64,000 nucleotides of DNA from Candidatus Tenderia sp. (GCA_031416075.1 JANOSY010000047.1:3427-67426), one strand, 5' to 3'. Positions 23,317-34,893 are shown, counted from the first letter of the stretch. Notes: generated from the letters alone by a model not told the origin. A program made the numbers and translations.

Positions 23317-26300
23317 ATGAAAACAGCAGCACAACACTATAAAGTTCTCGGCTTGATATTTAGCGCTATATTCATGGCCAGCCCGCCTGTCACCGCTGAA
23401 GATACCGAGGTCTACCTGGGGGCGAGCAATACCCCGTCAGTAGTACGACCCAATCTGACATTCATTATCGATACCTCTGGCAGTATGGATGCAAATGTCA
23501 CCAGCACCACCAGCAACGGCTCATACAACCCCGCCACCACCTATACCGGCAGCTGTAGCAGCAGCAGCACCTACTGGAGCAATAGCGGTACACCGCCCAG
23601 CTGTAGCACCGATCAGTACATCAACACCAGTGCCAATAAATGTAATAACTCCTCGGCTGCCCTTAGCAGCGGTGGCAGCGGCTTTTATGTGGGCAAACTG
23701 GCGCGTTATCGCAGTCGCAGTGGTGGCGACCGCTGGGAATCTTTAAATACTTCATCAAAAAGCAATCCGGTTGAGTGCCAGGCTGACTGGGGCGTCCATG
23801 GGGATACCAATGCCAGCAATACTTACCCGGCGGATGCAAACAGTGGCGGCCCCTGGCGCACCAATACCAGTGGGGCCATCAGCTGGAACAGCACGGGGGA
23901 CACCTACACACTCTACAGCGCCAACTACCTCAACTGGCGTGCCAGCTCCACCACCACTGTGACTAAAACCCGCCTGCAGATTGTTAAGGAGGTCTTCAGC
24001 ACCCTGATGGATAGCATCTCCAACGTCAACGTTGCGGTCATCCGTTACGACGACAAGAGCCAGGACTTAAACAAAGGCGGCTACTTTGTCATGCCGATGC
24101 AAGAGTTAACCTCCGCCAACCGCGCAACCTATAAAACCACCGTTAATAACTTTATCGCCAGCGGTTACACTCCGTTATCAGAGACCTTGTACGAATCCTA
24201 CCTCTACTATCGTGGTGACAACGTAAAATTTGGTAACAGCACCACACCCGGTACCAACGTCTCTGGGGTATTAACCCCCGGCAATACCGCAAAATACAAA
24301 AGCCCAATTGAGTACCAGTGCCAGAAAAACTTCACCATCCTGCTTACCGATGGTGACCCTACTTACGATACCGATGCTGATTCATCCATCAAAGCGCTGC
24401 CCGGTTTCTCTACCGTCACTGGCTCCACCACCTGCAACGGCAACTGCCTTGATGAACTGGCCCAATATATGTTCAGCCAGGATTGCAGCTCAGTACATGC
24501 TGACAAACAGAACGTCATCACCTATACCATCGGCTTTACACTGGATCTGCCGCTACTGCGTGACGCCGCAACCAAAGGCGGCGGCAAGTACTACACCGCT
24601 AACGATACGGCCGGTTTAACCGATGCCTTTACCTCAATCCTGACCGAGATATTGGCGATCAATACCACCTTTATTGCCCCGGCGGTCTCTGTGAATGCCT
24701 TTAACCGCTTCACCCACCGGGACGAGCTCTACTACGCACTGTTCCGCCCCAACGCCCGACCAAAATGGGATGGTAACGTCAAACGGTTCAAACTGGCGGG
24801 CAGCCCACCGGCCATCGTCGACAAAAATGGTGTTGCCGCCATTGATGCAACAACCGGCTTTTTTAAAACCTCCGTCACCAGCTTCTGGACCGCTGATGCC
24901 GACGCCCCCGACGGCGACGAAGTGAGAAAAGGGGGTGCTGCCAGTAAATTAACTCTGCCACGCACTATATATACCTACACCGGTGCCGCAGCCGCCAACA
25001 ACGAGTTATTAACTTCCGCTGGCAACAAGCTGCATGAAGATAATGCCGCCGTTACAGCCACCATGCTGGGCAACGCCAGCATGGTGGCCGCTGACCGCAC
25101 ATCACTGCTGCAATGGGCACGTGGTGTTGATCTGTTTGACGACGACTCTGACACCCTCACCAACGACATTCGTCGCCACATGGGCGATCCACTGCACAGC
25201 AAACCACTGCTGGTCACCTACGGCGGTACCAATGCCGCGCCTGACATGACACTCTACGTGGGCACCAATGAGGGATATCTGCACGCCATCAATACAACCA
25301 CCGGCAGTGAGCTCTTCTCCTTTGTTCCACAAGAGCTGTTACCCAACATGCAGCTACGCTTTGACGACTCCGCCTCAACCCCACACCCCTATGGTCTGGA
25401 CGGTCCATTAACAATGTGGTTTAACGATGTCAACGGCAATGGCCTGCTGTTTAACGCCAGTAACGTGCTGGACTCAGGTGAACATGTCTACCTCTATCAA
25501 GGTATGCGTCGTGGCGGTAAAAACTACTACGCACTTGATGTCACCAGCCGTACCGCACCTAAACTCAAATGGGTGATCAAGGGTGGCAATGGTGACTTCA
25601 GCGAACTGGCACAGACCTGGTCTGCGGCCACCAAATCCAAAATCAAGCTCAACGGCGTTGACAAAAACGTACTGATCTTTGGCGGTGGTTACGACACCGC
25701 CCAGGACAGCAACGCCACCGCCCAGAACGATACCACCGGCCGTGCCATCTTTATGGTTGATGCAGAGACCGGGGCCAAGCTCTGGCAGGCTGGCCCTGCT
25801 GGCTCGGCCAATGGCAGCAACCCCAACCTGCTGCTCGCTGGCATGACCAACAGTATTCCTGCCGATGTCAGTGTGCTGGATACCGATGGTGATGGTTACG
25901 CTGACCGCATGTACGCGGCCGACATGCGTGGACAACTCTGGAGATTTGACATTAAAAAGGGCAACACCGGGGCCGCTAGCCTGGCAACAGGTGGCATCAT
26001 CGCCAAGCTGGGGGATACAACCGCCGCCGGTAACCGTCGTTTCTACTACGCGCCGGATGTCTCTTTGGCAAAAGATCTGAGCCAGCTCAATATCGCCATC
26101 GGTTCGGGATATCGCGAACACCCACTCGATACCACCATCCGTGACGCCTTCTTTGTCATGGCCGACAAAAACATCTACGGACCGGCGCTCGATAACAGCG
26201 GCAACCCCGTCTATACCTCCATCACCATGAGTGACCTGTATGACGCTACCAGCAATGTCATTGGCCAGGGCACCCAGGTGGAGATAACCGCAGCACAAAC

Positions 26301-26706
26301 AGCACTAGCCGGTAAGAAGGGATGGTTTATATGGTTGAACGAGTCTGGTGGCAGCTTTATCGGTGAGAAGGTACTTGCCAAATCACTCACCTTTTCAGAC
26401 ATGCTGATGTTCACCACCTATACCCCCATTGCCGCCAATACCGGGGCCTGTTCACCCAGTCAGGGCCGGGCACTCACCTACCTGGTCAACATCAAGGATG
26501 GAACGGCCATCTATGACTTCAATAAGTCAGGTGGCACCATATTGACTCAGGAAGATAGAAGGATGAACTTGATACGTGGAGGTATCCCACCTGAACCATC
26601 ACTGCTGTTCCATGAGAATGGTCCTGTGATACTCATCGGTACCGAAAAAGCACCCGATCTGCAACTCCTGTTAACACCCAGGAAGACCTACTGGAAAACC
26701 AAGTAG
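23317..26706 (+). CDS. pilY1: Type IV pilus tip-associated adhesin/biogenesis factor PilY1 (PilC family)
   Basis: The 1129-aa product has a signal peptide and an N-terminal VWA-like region with a MIDAS motif ([10 protein letters not shown]). The C-terminal beta-propeller has a Ca-binding loop ([24 protein letters not shown]). Confidence 0.88.
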   Translation: MKTAAQHYKVLGLIFSAIFMASPPVTAEDTEVYLGASNTPSVVRPNLTFIIDTSGSMDANVTSTTSNGSYNPATTYTGSCSSSSTYWSNSGTPPSCSTDQYINTSANKCNNSSAALSSGGSGFYVGKLARYRSRSGGDRWESLNTSSKSNPVECQADWGVHGDTNASNTYPADANSGGPWRTNTSGAISWNSTGDTYTLYSANYLNWRASSTTTVTKTRLQIVKEVFSTLMDSISNVNVAVIRYDDKSQDLNKGGYFVMPMQELTSANRATYKTTVNNFIASGYTPLSETLYESYLYYRGDNVKFGNSTTPGTNVSGVLTPGNTAKYKSPIEYQCQKNFTILLTDGDPTYDTDADSSIKALPGFSTVTGSTTCNGNCLDELAQYMFSQDCSSVHADKQNVITYTIGFTLDLPLLRDAATKGGGKYYTANDTAGLTDAFTSILTEILAINTTFIAPAVSVNAFNRFTHRDELYYALFRPNARPKWDGNVKRFKLAGSPPAIVDKNGVAAIDATTGFFKTSVTSFWTADADAPDGDEVRKGGAASKLTLPRTIYTYTGAAAANNELLTSAGNKLHEDNAAVTATMLGNASMVAADRTSLLQWARGVDLFDDDSDTLTNDIRRHMGDPLHSKPLLVTYGGTNAAPDMTLYVGTNEGYLHAINTTTGSELFSFVPQELLPNMQLRFDDSASTPHPYGLDGPLTMWFNDVNGNGLLFNASNVLDSGEHVYLYQGMRRGGKNYYALDVTSRTAPKLKWVIKGGNGDFSELAQTWSAATKSKIKLNGVDKNVLIFGGGYDTAQDSNATAQNDTTGRAIFMVDAETGAKLWQAGPAGSANGSNPNLLLAGMTNSIPADVSVLDTDGDGYADRMYAADMRGQLWRFDIKKGNTGAASLATGGIIAKLGDTTAAGNRRFYYAPDVSLAKDLSQLNIAIGSGYREHPLDTTIRDAFFVMADKNIYGPALDNSGNPVYTSITMSDLYDATSNVIGQGTQVEITAAQTALAGKKGWFIWLNESGGSFIGEKVLAKSLTFSDMLMFTTYTPIAANTGACSPSQGRALTYLVNIKDGTAIYDFNKSGGTILTQEDRRMNLIRGGIPPEPSLLFHENGPVILIGTEKAPDLQLLLTPRKTYWKTK

Positions 26707-26738
26707 TGGCATGCCAGTTACACACAGGAGAGAGAGCC

Positions 26739-27203
26739 GTGAATAGAAGCGCAAAAGGATTTACCCTGATTGAACTGATGATTACGGTTGCGATTGTCGC
26801 CATTCTGGCATCGATCGCCTACCCCGCCTATCAGGATCAGGTGCGCTCATCACGGCGCAGCGATGCACAGGGTGTACTCACCAGTTTTGCCCTGGCGATG
26901 GAACGCTTTTACACCTCTAACAATACCTACCTGGGTGCCGCTGGCACCCAGCTGGTCCCAGCCAATAGTGGATCACCCTGGATATTTGCCACAGAGGCAC
27001 CGTTAGATGGTGCTACCAAATATTACAACCTCACCATCAAAACGGGGGCAACCAAAACCACCTACACCCTGGTGGCCACACCCAAGGGGGCACAAGCTGA
27101 CAATGGAAATATGGAACTGGATAGCACCGGGGCCAAACGTTGGGACCGTGATAACAACGGCAGTTTTGGCGCATCTGAGGCGTGCTGGAACAAGAGTTGT
27201 TAA
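26739..27203 (+). CDS. pilE: Type IV pilin-like protein PilE (minor pilin)
   Basis: A GTG start gives the leader MNRSAKG|[25 protein letters not shown]. The track ORF begins at 26706. Confidence 0.8.
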   Translation: MNRSAKGFTLIELMITVAIVAILASIAYPAYQDQVRSSRRSDAQGVLTSFALAMERFYTSNNTYLGAAGTQLVPANSGSPWIFATEAPLDGATKYYNLTIKTGATKTTYTLVATPKGAQADNGNMELDSTGAKRWDRDNNGSFGASEACWNKSC

Positions 27204-27228
27204 ACGGTTACCGAAACAGCCGTGCCAG

Positions 27229-27687
27229 TCAAACCGCTGGCCCGGCCCCGGCCACACGGCGTAACTTTGAGGTAAGGCGGCGAAATGAGGTCTCATCAAT
27301 ACTGTCGGGCATCACCACCACGGGCAACATCCAACGGCCCGACTCCATTTTGAAATTGAGCACAATCAACCAGGGGGTTACAAAACTGCTGCCCAATAAC
27401 GTGGCATCTACCCCCTCCCCTTGGCTACGCTGCAACTGCCACAGCTCGCCGCCATCCCATCTCAGCGCTGTAACTGCCCGGCTACCCTGCATAAACAGAT
27501 GACGACGTAACTGAAAGAAGAGGTTGACACCTACCACCACCGTTGCCATCAACGTCAACCACCCTGGCAACACAAACAGAAACAACCAGACCAGCGCCCC
27601 ACCGTGCATAAGGCTGAGGATGGCGGCCAGCTGTAACGAACCCTGTAAGGTGACGCTAAACGGCGTTGCGAATCTTGCTGATGACAT
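27229..27687 (-). CDS. ygfX: CptA/YgfX-family inner membrane protein (toxin partner of SdhE/CptB)
   Basis: The ~150-aa product has two TM helices and lies immediately downstream of sdhE, overlapping it. The start is uncertain (27687 or 27702). Confidence 0.65.
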   Translation of the reverse strand: MSSARFATPFSVTLQGSLQLAAILSLMHGGALVWLFLFVLPGWLTLMATVVVGVNLFFQLRRHLFMQGSRAVTALRWDGGELWQLQRSQGEGVDATLLGSSFVTPWLIVLNFKMESGRWMLPVVVMPDSIDETSFRRLTSKLRRVAGAGPAV

Positions 27688-27901
27688 GGTTGAGTGATGC
27701 ATCCTCAGGGGGGCGTTGCTGCATCAGGTACTCCAACAAATCCTGATCCTCAAGATCTAGCAAGGTGTGAAACTGTAGCTTCTCCGCCGCCGTCAAAACC
27801 GGGTACCCCAGTTCAACAAAGGGTAGCAGCAGCAGATCAAGCTCCAGCATACCGCGCCGACAGCGCCATTTCAGGCGTGCGTATTCGTTATCTTCACTCA
27901 T
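27656..27901 (-). CDS. sdhE: FAD assembly factor SdhE (YgfY/CptB)
   Basis: The 81-aa product carries the RLKWRCRRGMLELDLLL signature of the SdhE family. Confidence 0.9.
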   Translation of the reverse strand: MSEDNEYARLKWRCRRGMLELDLLLLPFVELGYPVLTAAEKLQFHTLLDLEDQDLLEYLMQQRPPEDASLNHVISKIRNAV

Positions 27902-27903
27902 GG

Positions 27904-28596
27904 TCAGGTATTGTGCTTGAGCAGGATAGTCTTGATCTCACCAATCGCTTTGGTGGGATTGAGCCCTTTAGGGCAGACGTTGGTACAGTTCATAATAGTG
28001 TGGCAACGAAACAGACGATACGGCCCTTCAAGCTCATCCAGGCGCTGTGCTGTGGCCTGATCACGGCTATCGGCTATAAAACGATAAGCCTGCAGCAGTG
28101 CCGCAGGGCCACGGAATTTATCTGGATTCCACCAGAACGACGGACACGCCGTTGAGCAACAGCCACAGAGAATACACTCATACAGACCATCCAGCTTCTC
28201 ACGCTCTTCTGGCGATTGTAGATACTCAATCTCCGGCTCCGGGTCGTGAACGGTGAGGTAAGGTTTAACCGCCCGATACTGATGGTAGAACTGGGTCATG
28301 TCAACTACAAGATCACGAATCACTGGTCGGCCCGGCAGTGGGTGTACCTCCACCGGCTCTTTTAACGTGGCCACCGGCGTAATACACGCCAGCCCGTTGG
28401 TGCCGTTGATGTTAACCGCGTCAGAGCCACAGACCCCTTCACCACACGAATGGCGGAACGAGAAACTCTCATCCACCGATTTAATCTTGAGCAAGGCATC
28501 TCGCAACATCATGCCCGGCGTCACCTCAATATCGTACGTCTGCATATGAGGTTTATCGTCAGACTCCGGGTTATAACGGTAGATAGAAAAACGCAT
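27904..28596 (-). CDS. sdhB: Succinate dehydrogenase iron-sulfur subunit
   Basis: Three Fe-S cysteine clusters are present (CGSDAVNINGTNGLAC; CILCGCCSTACP; CHTIMNCTNVCPKGLNP). Confidence 0.95.
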   Translation of the reverse strand: MRFSIYRYNPESDDKPHMQTYDIEVTPGMMLRDALLKIKSVDESFSFRHSCGEGVCGSDAVNINGTNGLACITPVATLKEPVEVHPLPGRPVIRDLVVDMTQFYHQYRAVKPYLTVHDPEPEIEYLQSPEEREKLDGLYECILCGCCSTACPSFWWNPDKFRGPAALLQAYRFIADSRDQATAQRLDELEGPYRLFRCHTIMNCTNVCPKGLNPTKAIGEIKTILLKHNT

Positions 28597-28608
28597 CTCT
28601 GATCCCCT

Positions 28609-30399
28609 TTAATAAACACGCGCCTTGGGCGGAAACGAGTCAACGGTAAGCGGTTTCATTCGCACTGGTTTGTAATCCAACTTACGCCCCTCTTTAAAAA
28701 AGAGGGTATGTTTGAGCCACTGCTCATCATTACGTTCCGGATAGTCGATACGCGAATGTGCACCACGGCTCTCTTTACGTGCATAGGCCGAGACCACCGT
28801 GGCAATCGCCACATCCATCAGGTTTTCCAGCTCAAGGGCCTCAATGCGAGCCGTATTAAAGACTTTGCTGTGATCTTTGAGGTAGACGTTTTTCAATCGC
28901 GCCTCCAGCTCCACCATCTTCTGTACCCCTTCCGCCAGAATCTCCTCAGTGCGGAAAACACCACAGTAAAACTCCATCGTCTTTTTAAGCTCCGCACGCA
29001 GCTGCATAACAGACTCACCTTCACCCTTCTGGTCCCAGCGGGCAAGTCGTGCCATCGCTTTGTCGACCCCATCACCACTCAAAGGGCGGTGGTAACGATT
29101 CTCTTTCATCGTCTCAATAATATGATTGCCCGCTGCGCGGCCAAAGACCACAATATCCAGCAGCGAATTTCCCCCCAAACGGTTGGCACCATGTACTGAT
29201 ACACAGGCACACTCGCCCACTGCGTACAATCCGGGCATCACCTCCTCCGCTGTATTGCCCAGTGGTGCCACCACCTGACCAAACCGGTTGGTAGGAATTC
29301 CACCCATGGTGTAGTGGGCGGTTGGATAGATCGGAATCGGTTCGTTCACCGGGTCCATATGCAGGAACGTTTGAATGGTGGAGCGGATACCGGGCAGGCG
29401 CTTGTTGATCACCTCTGGCCCAAGGTGATCAAGTTTCAGCAGCACATGGTCAGCCTCTGGACCACAACCACGCCCCTCTTTCACCTCGGTATAGATAGCA
29501 CGGCTCACCACATCACGGCTTGCCAGGTCTTTAGCATTCGGGGCGTAACGCTCCATAAAACGCTCGCCATCCTTATTGAGCAGATACCCCCCCTCGCCAC
29601 GCGCCCCTTCCGTAATCAACATGCCCTTACCCGCAATGCCGGTCGGATGAAACTGAAAAAACTCCATATCCTGCAGCGGAATCCCGGCCCGCAGCGCCAT
29701 GGCCATACCATCACCTGTATTAATATGGGCGTTGGTATTAGTGCGAAAGATCTGCCCCGCCCCGCCTGTCGCCAACATAGTTGCCTTGGCCTCAATAATC
29801 AACGGCTCTCCCGTCTCAATCTCTATCACCAACGCACCCAAGATGTAGCCATCATCATCACGAATCAGGTCAATGGCGAAGTACTCATCAAAGAAGTGGG
29901 TCTTGGCACGGATATTTTGTTGATAAAGCGAATGGAGAATGGCGTGGCCGGTACGGTCCGCCGCCGCACAGGTACGCGCCGCCTGCGCCCCACCAAAGTT
30001 CTGGCTCTGACCACCAAAGGGGCGTTGATAGATCTTGCCATTATCCAGACGCGAAAACGGCACACCGGCATGTTCAAGCTCCACCACCAACCGTGGCGCA
30101 GCGCGGCACATATACTCCACCGCATCCTGATCGGCCAGATAGTCACTGCCCTTGATCGTATCAAACATGTGCCAATGCCAGTTGTCCGGCAATACATTCG
30201 CCAGCGCGGCATTCATTCCTCCCTGTGCTGCCACGGTATGTGACCGTGTTGGAAAAACTTTTGAGACCACTGCCACATGGGCATCCGCCTGCGCCAGTTG
30301 TAACGCCGCACGCAGACCACCACCGCCCGCACCAATTACCAACGCATCAAAGCGACGCACCGGAATAGAGGTTCCATTTTTTGTTGAAGCTGCGCTCAT
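28609..30399 (-). CDS. sdhA: Succinate dehydrogenase flavoprotein subunit
   Basis: An FAD-binding motif [16 protein letters not shown] is present. The [10 protein letters not shown] motif provides the histidine for covalent FAD attachment. The start is taken at MSAASTK. Confidence 0.95.
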   Translation of the reverse strand: MSAASTKNGTSIPVRRFDALVIGAGGGGLRAALQLAQADAHVAVVSKVFPTRSHTVAAQGGMNAALANVLPDNWHWHMFDTIKGSDYLADQDAVEYMCRAAPRLVVELEHAGVPFSRLDNGKIYQRPFGGQSQNFGGAQAARTCAAADRTGHAILHSLYQQNIRAKTHFFDEYFAIDLIRDDDGYILGALVIEIETGEPLIIEAKATMLATGGAGQIFRTNTNAHINTGDGMAMALRAGIPLQDMEFFQFHPTGIAGKGMLITEGARGEGGYLLNKDGERFMERYAPNAKDLASRDVVSRAIYTEVKEGRGCGPEADHVLLKLDHLGPEVINKRLPGIRSTIQTFLHMDPVNEPIPIYPTAHYTMGGIPTNRFGQVVAPLGNTAEEVMPGLYAVGECACVSVHGANRLGGNSLLDIVVFGRAAGNHIIETMKENRYHRPLSGDGVDKAMARLARWDQKGEGESVMQLRAELKKTMEFYCGVFRTEEILAEGVQKMVELEARLKNVYLKDHSKVFNTARIEALELENLMDVAIATVVSAYARKESRGAHSRIDYPERNDEQWLKHTLFFKEGRKLDYKPVRMKPLTVDSFPPKARVY

Positions 30400-30734
30400 G
30401 CGCCCCCCGTTAATAGTATACGAACCACCCACAGCGCCATCACGACCATGCCTATGGCCAAAAGATTCAGCAGCACCAACCGCAGGACAAAGGGTTTGAT
30501 GTAATCAAGAAACACATCCCGCAAACCGACCCAGGCGTGGCCCAGTAACGCCAAAAAAAACAGCGTCGTGGCTAACGCCATGGGGGTGGAACGCATCCAC
30601 ACCTGCCACTCTTCATAGCTCTCGGATGGTGCAATCAATAGTGCCGCAATAAAGTAAACAAAAAACACGGCCATGTAGACCGCAGTGAACCGTTGCAATA
30701 ACCAAGACTTCATTCCACTCGCCTTCCAGCTCAT
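30396..30734 (-). CDS. sdhD: Succinate dehydrogenase hydrophobic membrane anchor
   Basis: The 112-aa product has three TM helices and lies between sdhC and sdhA. Confidence 0.85.
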   Translation of the reverse strand: MSWKASGMKSWLLQRFTAVYMAVFFVYFIAALLIAPSESYEEWQVWMRSTPMALATTLFFLALLGHAWVGLRDVFLDYIKPFVLRLVLLNLLAIGMVVMALWVVRILLTGGA

Positions 30735-31117
30735 AAGATCACAATCAAGGCGATCACCACCCCAACCACACCGCAGCCAATCGCCATTCCTGCAGTACGG
30801 CGCGCCGTGACCAGATCAACGCCCCAGTCAATATCGATAAACAGAAAACGGATCCCGGCAAAAAAGTGGTGTGCCCCTGCCCACGCTAACAGTAGCAGCA
30901 ACAGTTTCATCAATGGGTGATCGTAGAGAGTGACAACCTGCTGGTACTGCTGAGGCCCCTGTAGCGCGGTGTCCAGTGTCCAGATCATCAAGGGGATCGC
31001 TATGAACAGTAATACACCTGAAATACGGTGGCCAATGGATGCCAGCGCGGTGATCGGCTGGCGGATTTTCAGCAGGTTAAGATAGACCGGCCTCGACACA
31101 GTTTTCTTATTATCCAT
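30731..31117 (-). CDS. sdhC: Succinate dehydrogenase cytochrome b556 subunit
   Basis: The 128-aa product contains a heme-ligand His within SIGHRISGV. It is the first gene of the operon. Confidence 0.85.
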   Translation of the reverse strand: MDNKKTVSRPVYLNLLKIRQPITALASIGHRISGVLLFIAIPLMIWTLDTALQGPQQYQQVVTLYDHPLMKLLLLLLAWAGAHHFFAGIRFLFIDIDWGVDLVTARRTAGMAIGCGVVGVVIALIVIL

Positions 31118-31225
31118 AGGCTCGCTTAATAAAAGTAGTGTCCCGATAGTAGTCCAATTGTTACCTATACGCCAATAGTCGGTTATTATCTGAATAACTT
31201 AAGTAACTATAGAGAAGCAGATACC

Positions 31226-32182
31226 ATGCCCACACTTATCGACCAGATCATTGTTACCGTGACCGACACCGCATTAATCAAGGTTGAGGGGGCGGACAGC
31301 CACACCTTTCTCCACAACCAGTTCACCAACGATCTACGCATGGTCAATGACCAGACCAGCCAACTGAGCAGTTATTGCAGCCCCAAAGGGCGCATGCTCG
31401 CCCTGTTTCGTATCTACAAACAGAATGACGCCTACTACATGGTGATGCCCAAGAGCATCGTTGAGGCCACCATCAAACGGCTGCGCATGTTTGTCCTCAT
31501 GTCCAAAGTGACCTTCACCGACATCACTCATGAGACCACCCACCTTGGACTCTCTGGCCCACAGAGCAGCGAAATACTGCACGCAGTGGTGAGTAATCTG
31601 GCCACTGAGATCGATAGTATCAGCCAACATAACAACATCACCATCATCCGTACTCCAGGGCCACAGCCACGTTTTGATCTGTTTGGTCCTGTCGAATCAA
31701 TATCCGCGTTGAAACAGGCGCTCACCGACAAAGCCCGCGAAGCAGACACCGCCCTGTGGAATCTACTCGACATTCATGCCGGTATTCCCACTATCCAGCC
31801 AGAAACGGTTGACGCCTTTGTGCCCCAGATGGTCAACCTGCAGGCGATCAACGCCCTCAATTTCAAAAAAGGGTGCTACCCAGGCCAAGAGATCGTTGCA
31901 CGTATGCACTACCTCGGTAAGCCCAAACGCCAGATGTACCTGGCCCATGTGGAGAGCGATATACTGCTTGCGCCTGGGGCAAGCCTCTATGGCCCAGACA
32001 ATGAACAAGGCAGCGAACATAAAAGTGGCACCGTTGTCAGCGCTCAGGCCAATCCACAAGGTGGCTGTGACTTACTCGCCGTACTTGAAATAGCGTCAGC
32101 AGAAAATAGTGTGATTCATGTTGAAAGTGCCAGCGGCCCAGCCATTACACTGCTGCCACTACCCTACTCAATAAACGCTTGA
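31226..32182 (+). CDS. ygfZ: tRNA-modifying protein YgfZ (folate-binding, GcvT-like)
   Basis: A KGCYPGQE signature is present. The gene is divergent from sdhE/ygfX as in E. coli. Confidence 0.85.
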   Translation: MPTLIDQIIVTVTDTALIKVEGADSHTFLHNQFTNDLRMVNDQTSQLSSYCSPKGRMLALFRIYKQNDAYYMVMPKSIVEATIKRLRMFVLMSKVTFTDITHETTHLGLSGPQSSEILHAVVSNLATEIDSISQHNNITIIRTPGPQPRFDLFGPVESISALKQALTDKAREADTALWNLLDIHAGIPTIQPETVDAFVPQMVNLQAINALNFKKGCYPGQEIVARMHYLGKPKRQMYLAHVESDILLAPGASLYGPDNEQGSEHKSGTVVSAQANPQGGCDLLAVLEIASAENSVIHVESASGPAITLLPLPYSINA

Positions 32183-32240
32183 GTTCCTATTATGTGCGCC
32201 GATAGTTAAAACAAATTAACAAACCCATGAGTCTGGCACA

Positions 32241-33086
32241 GTGAAATCAGAAGAGAAGTTTGTTGCCACACTACTGGATGATATTGCCAAAGGGAAACTC
32301 GTGCTGCCCTCACTGCCAGAGGTGGCCTATAAAATACGCAAAATGGTGGATGATCCAAGAGTCAGTTCTGACAAACTCGCCAGATTAATCGGCACCGATG
32401 CAGCACTGTCAGCCCGTCTCATTCAGGTGGCCAACAGCCCTTTCTTTCGTGGCCTGAACACCGTTGAGAATGTACGCACCGCTGTCACCCGTCTGGGCGG
32501 TGTCTGCGTCCGTAACGTTATCTCCAGTCTGGTAATGAGCCAGCTATATCGGGCCAAAGAGATAACACCGATCAAAAAAGAGCTACACAGCTTGTGGGTA
32601 CATGGCGCAAAAGTGGCCGCCATTAGCCATGTGCTAGCCAAGCGTTATACCCAGCTGAATGCCGATGAGGCAATGCTGGCAGGGCTGATACACGATATCG
32701 GCTCCCTACCTATTCTCAAGCGTGCCCTCGACTTTCCTGACATATTGGCCGATAAAGAGGCATTACAGCGGGTAATTGGTTACATGCACACTGACATTGG
32801 TAAATTGATACTTGAGGATTGGCACTTCCCTGCTGAGTTGCTGACTGTTGCAGCAGAGCACGAGAACCTGGAGCGGGATGCAAACCCTATCGCTGACTAT
32901 ACGGACATTGTTATCATCGCCAACCTTCATAGCCACATCGGCAAGGCAAATAACAAATATGCCACCACCGATTGGAATAAAGTCCCCGCCTTCGCCAAAC
33001 TGGGACTGACACCAGAACAGAGTATCGCCACTATGACAGAGGCACAAAAAGAGATCGCAGAAGTGCAAAAATTGTTCACCGCATAA
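32241..33086 (+). CDS. HDOD domain signalling protein (paralog 1)
   Basis: An HD-related output domain is present, with LIHDIGSLPIL and LPSLPEVAYKI motifs. Confidence 0.8.
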   Translation: MKSEEKFVATLLDDIAKGKLVLPSLPEVAYKIRKMVDDPRVSSDKLARLIGTDAALSARLIQVANSPFFRGLNTVENVRTAVTRLGGVCVRNVISSLVMSQLYRAKEITPIKKELHSLWVHGAKVAAISHVLAKRYTQLNADEAMLAGLIHDIGSLPILKRALDFPDILADKEALQRVIGYMHTDIGKLILEDWHFPAELLTVAAEHENLERDANPIADYTDIVIIANLHSHIGKANNKYATTDWNKVPAFAKLGLTPEQSIATMTEAQKEIAEVQKLFTA

Positions 33087-33125
33087 CCACACAACAAAAT
33101 TTACTTTCAACTAGAGGGCCACGTT

Positions 33126-33968
33126 GTGTCATTGGAAACTGAGCTACTGACAAAATTTCTCGACGACATCAATCACAGCCGCGTCACATTACCGATGCTG
33201 CCTGAGATTGCCATGAAAGTGCGTGAGGTCATTGAAAATCCCAATACCAGTGCTGCCAAAATCACGATCACCATCAGCGCCGATCCCGCGCTCTCAACAC
33301 GGCTGCTGCAAGTTGCAAACAGCTCGCTCTATCGCGGAAACGTCCCCATTGAGAACTTACAAAGTGCTGTCACCCGACTGGGCAGCACCGTCGTACGCAA
33401 CATTGTCACTGGTATTGTCATGGAACAGCTATATCAGCCTGCCAAAAATGCCATGCTCAATCGCAAATTAAAAGCGCTCTGGCTACACAGCACCAAGGTT
33501 GCCGCCATTAGCCATGTCATGGCTCGAAAATATACAAAACTGAAACCAGACCAGGCCATGCTCGGCGGACTAATTCACGACATAGGCACTATTCCAGTTC
33601 TCTCAGAGGCCTCCAATATAGAGGCGTTAAGAGAAGATGAGGCGTTACTCAATAGCGTTGTTCACAAACTCCACAACTTAATCGGTACGGCTATCCTCGA
33701 TGTGTGGAATTTTCCACAAGAGCTAATAGAGGTCGTCTCAGAACATGAAGATCTGCAACGCAACTCGGGCGGTGGTGTCGATTATGTAGATATTGTCACC
33801 GTCGCCAACATACTCAGTCACATTAACACACCTCATCATCTTGCCCAAAAAGAGTGGTCCGACATACCCGCTTTCAAAAAACTCGGATTGACACCGGAAC
33901 AGAGCATTGCAGCCCTAGAAGAGGCGCAGGAAGAGGTGTCACTTATCCAAGGGATGTTCAGCAGTTAA
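33126..33968 (+). CDS. HDOD domain signalling protein (paralog 2)
   Basis: The gene uses a GTG start. The product is alignable along its whole length with the upstream HDOD protein (LWLHSTKVAAISHVMARKYTKL vs LWVHGAKVAAISHVLAKRYTQL). Confidence 0.8.
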   Translation: MSLETELLTKFLDDINHSRVTLPMLPEIAMKVREVIENPNTSAAKITITISADPALSTRLLQVANSSLYRGNVPIENLQSAVTRLGSTVVRNIVTGIVMEQLYQPAKNAMLNRKLKALWLHSTKVAAISHVMARKYTKLKPDQAMLGGLIHDIGTIPVLSEASNIEALREDEALLNSVVHKLHNLIGTAILDVWNFPQELIEVVSEHEDLQRNSGGGVDYVDIVTVANILSHINTPHHLAQKEWSDIPAFKKLGLTPEQSIAALEEAQEEVSLIQGMFSS

Positions 33969-34188
33969 GCGCCACAATAAAAAGAGGGACTGTTTTGAGG
34001 CTTGATACATCCCTGCAACAAATAGTGATAAATCGCTATCCTTCACACACTCACGCTCAGGACGCTACTCCTGCAGTACAATGGTCGACATCAGAATCAA
34101 TAATAGCGCCAACAGAGCAACAGCAGATTAACAGGCAAATCGTGGCTACTGTTTCTAAAACGCCCCATGCAGATACCCAGATCGAAAT

Positions 34189-34893
34189 ATGATCCGCAGC
34201 CGACGGCACTCTTTATCGCGCTGGAGCCTCAGGAGATATTTACTTCTGCTGTTATTCCCTGCACTCCTTGGCGCAACAATTCCAGAGCAATGGGATATCA
34301 CAGAGATCCAGGTAGAGAAAATTGGCAGCCGTTATGGCTCAGATGCCAAAGCGCGAGTAAATGCATGGCTTACCCTGATTCAAAACTACAAGAACAGCCC
34401 GGAAAAAGATAAGCTTGAGGCTGTTAACCATTTTTTTAACCAGATGCGTTTTGTATCAGATAAAGAGCTCTGGGGGGCAGAAGATTACTGGGCCACTCCG
34501 GTGGAGTTTCTGATTGCCAGCGGTGGCGATTGCGAGGATTTCAGCATGGCCAAATATTTTACGCTTAAAGCCATGGGCGTCGCTATTGAGCGCATGCATC
34601 TGACTTATGTACGTGCACTAACACCCAACCCAGTCAGTCAGGCACATATGGTTCTAAGCTATTTTATTACTCAAGAAGCTGAGCCGCTGGTGCTTGATAA
34701 CTTGACCAATGATATTAAACTCGCCTCACAACGGGTGGATTTAATACCCGTGTATAGCTTCAACGGCGATGGCCTATGGCTTGCCAAACAGCGCGGCCAG
34801 GGACAACGGGTAAGCGACTCAAGTCGTCTGAGCCTCTGGTCAGGTGTTGTGCAACGAATGAAAGGTTTATGGGGACAATTAATTGATGAATAG
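34189..34893 (+). CDS. lapG: LapG-like periplasmic transglutaminase-like cysteine protease (BTLCP/DUF920)
   Basis: A signal peptide is present. The catalytic cysteine lies within GGDCEDFSMAKY, with downstream His/Asp (VSQAHMVL...LVLDN). Confidence 0.8.
   Translation: MIRSRRHSLSRWSLRRYLLLLLFPALLGATIPEQWDITEIQVEKIGSRYGSDAKARVNAWLTLIQNYKNSPEKDKLEAVNHFFNQMRFVSDKELWGAEDYWATPVEFLIASGGDCEDFSMAKYFTLKAMGVAIERMHLTYVRALTPNPVSQAHMVLSYFITQEAEPLVLDNLTNDIKLASQRVDLIPVYSFNGDGLWLAKQRGQGQRVSDSSRLSLWSGVVQRMKGLWGQLIDE

Noticed and set aside
25474-26298. 274-aa minus-strand ORF
   Set aside because: It lies entirely inside pilY1 on the opposite strand. It is a Gly/Val-rich translation typical of antisense frames in GC-rich coding DNA.
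29314-30243. 309-aa plus-strand ORF
   Set aside because: It is antisense within sdhA.
33854-34412. Two short plus-strand ORFs (112 and 81 aa) in the HDOD–lapG spacer
   Set aside because: They overlap each other and the lapG start. I found no RBS or conservation signal. The region is more likely lapG promoter or leader.
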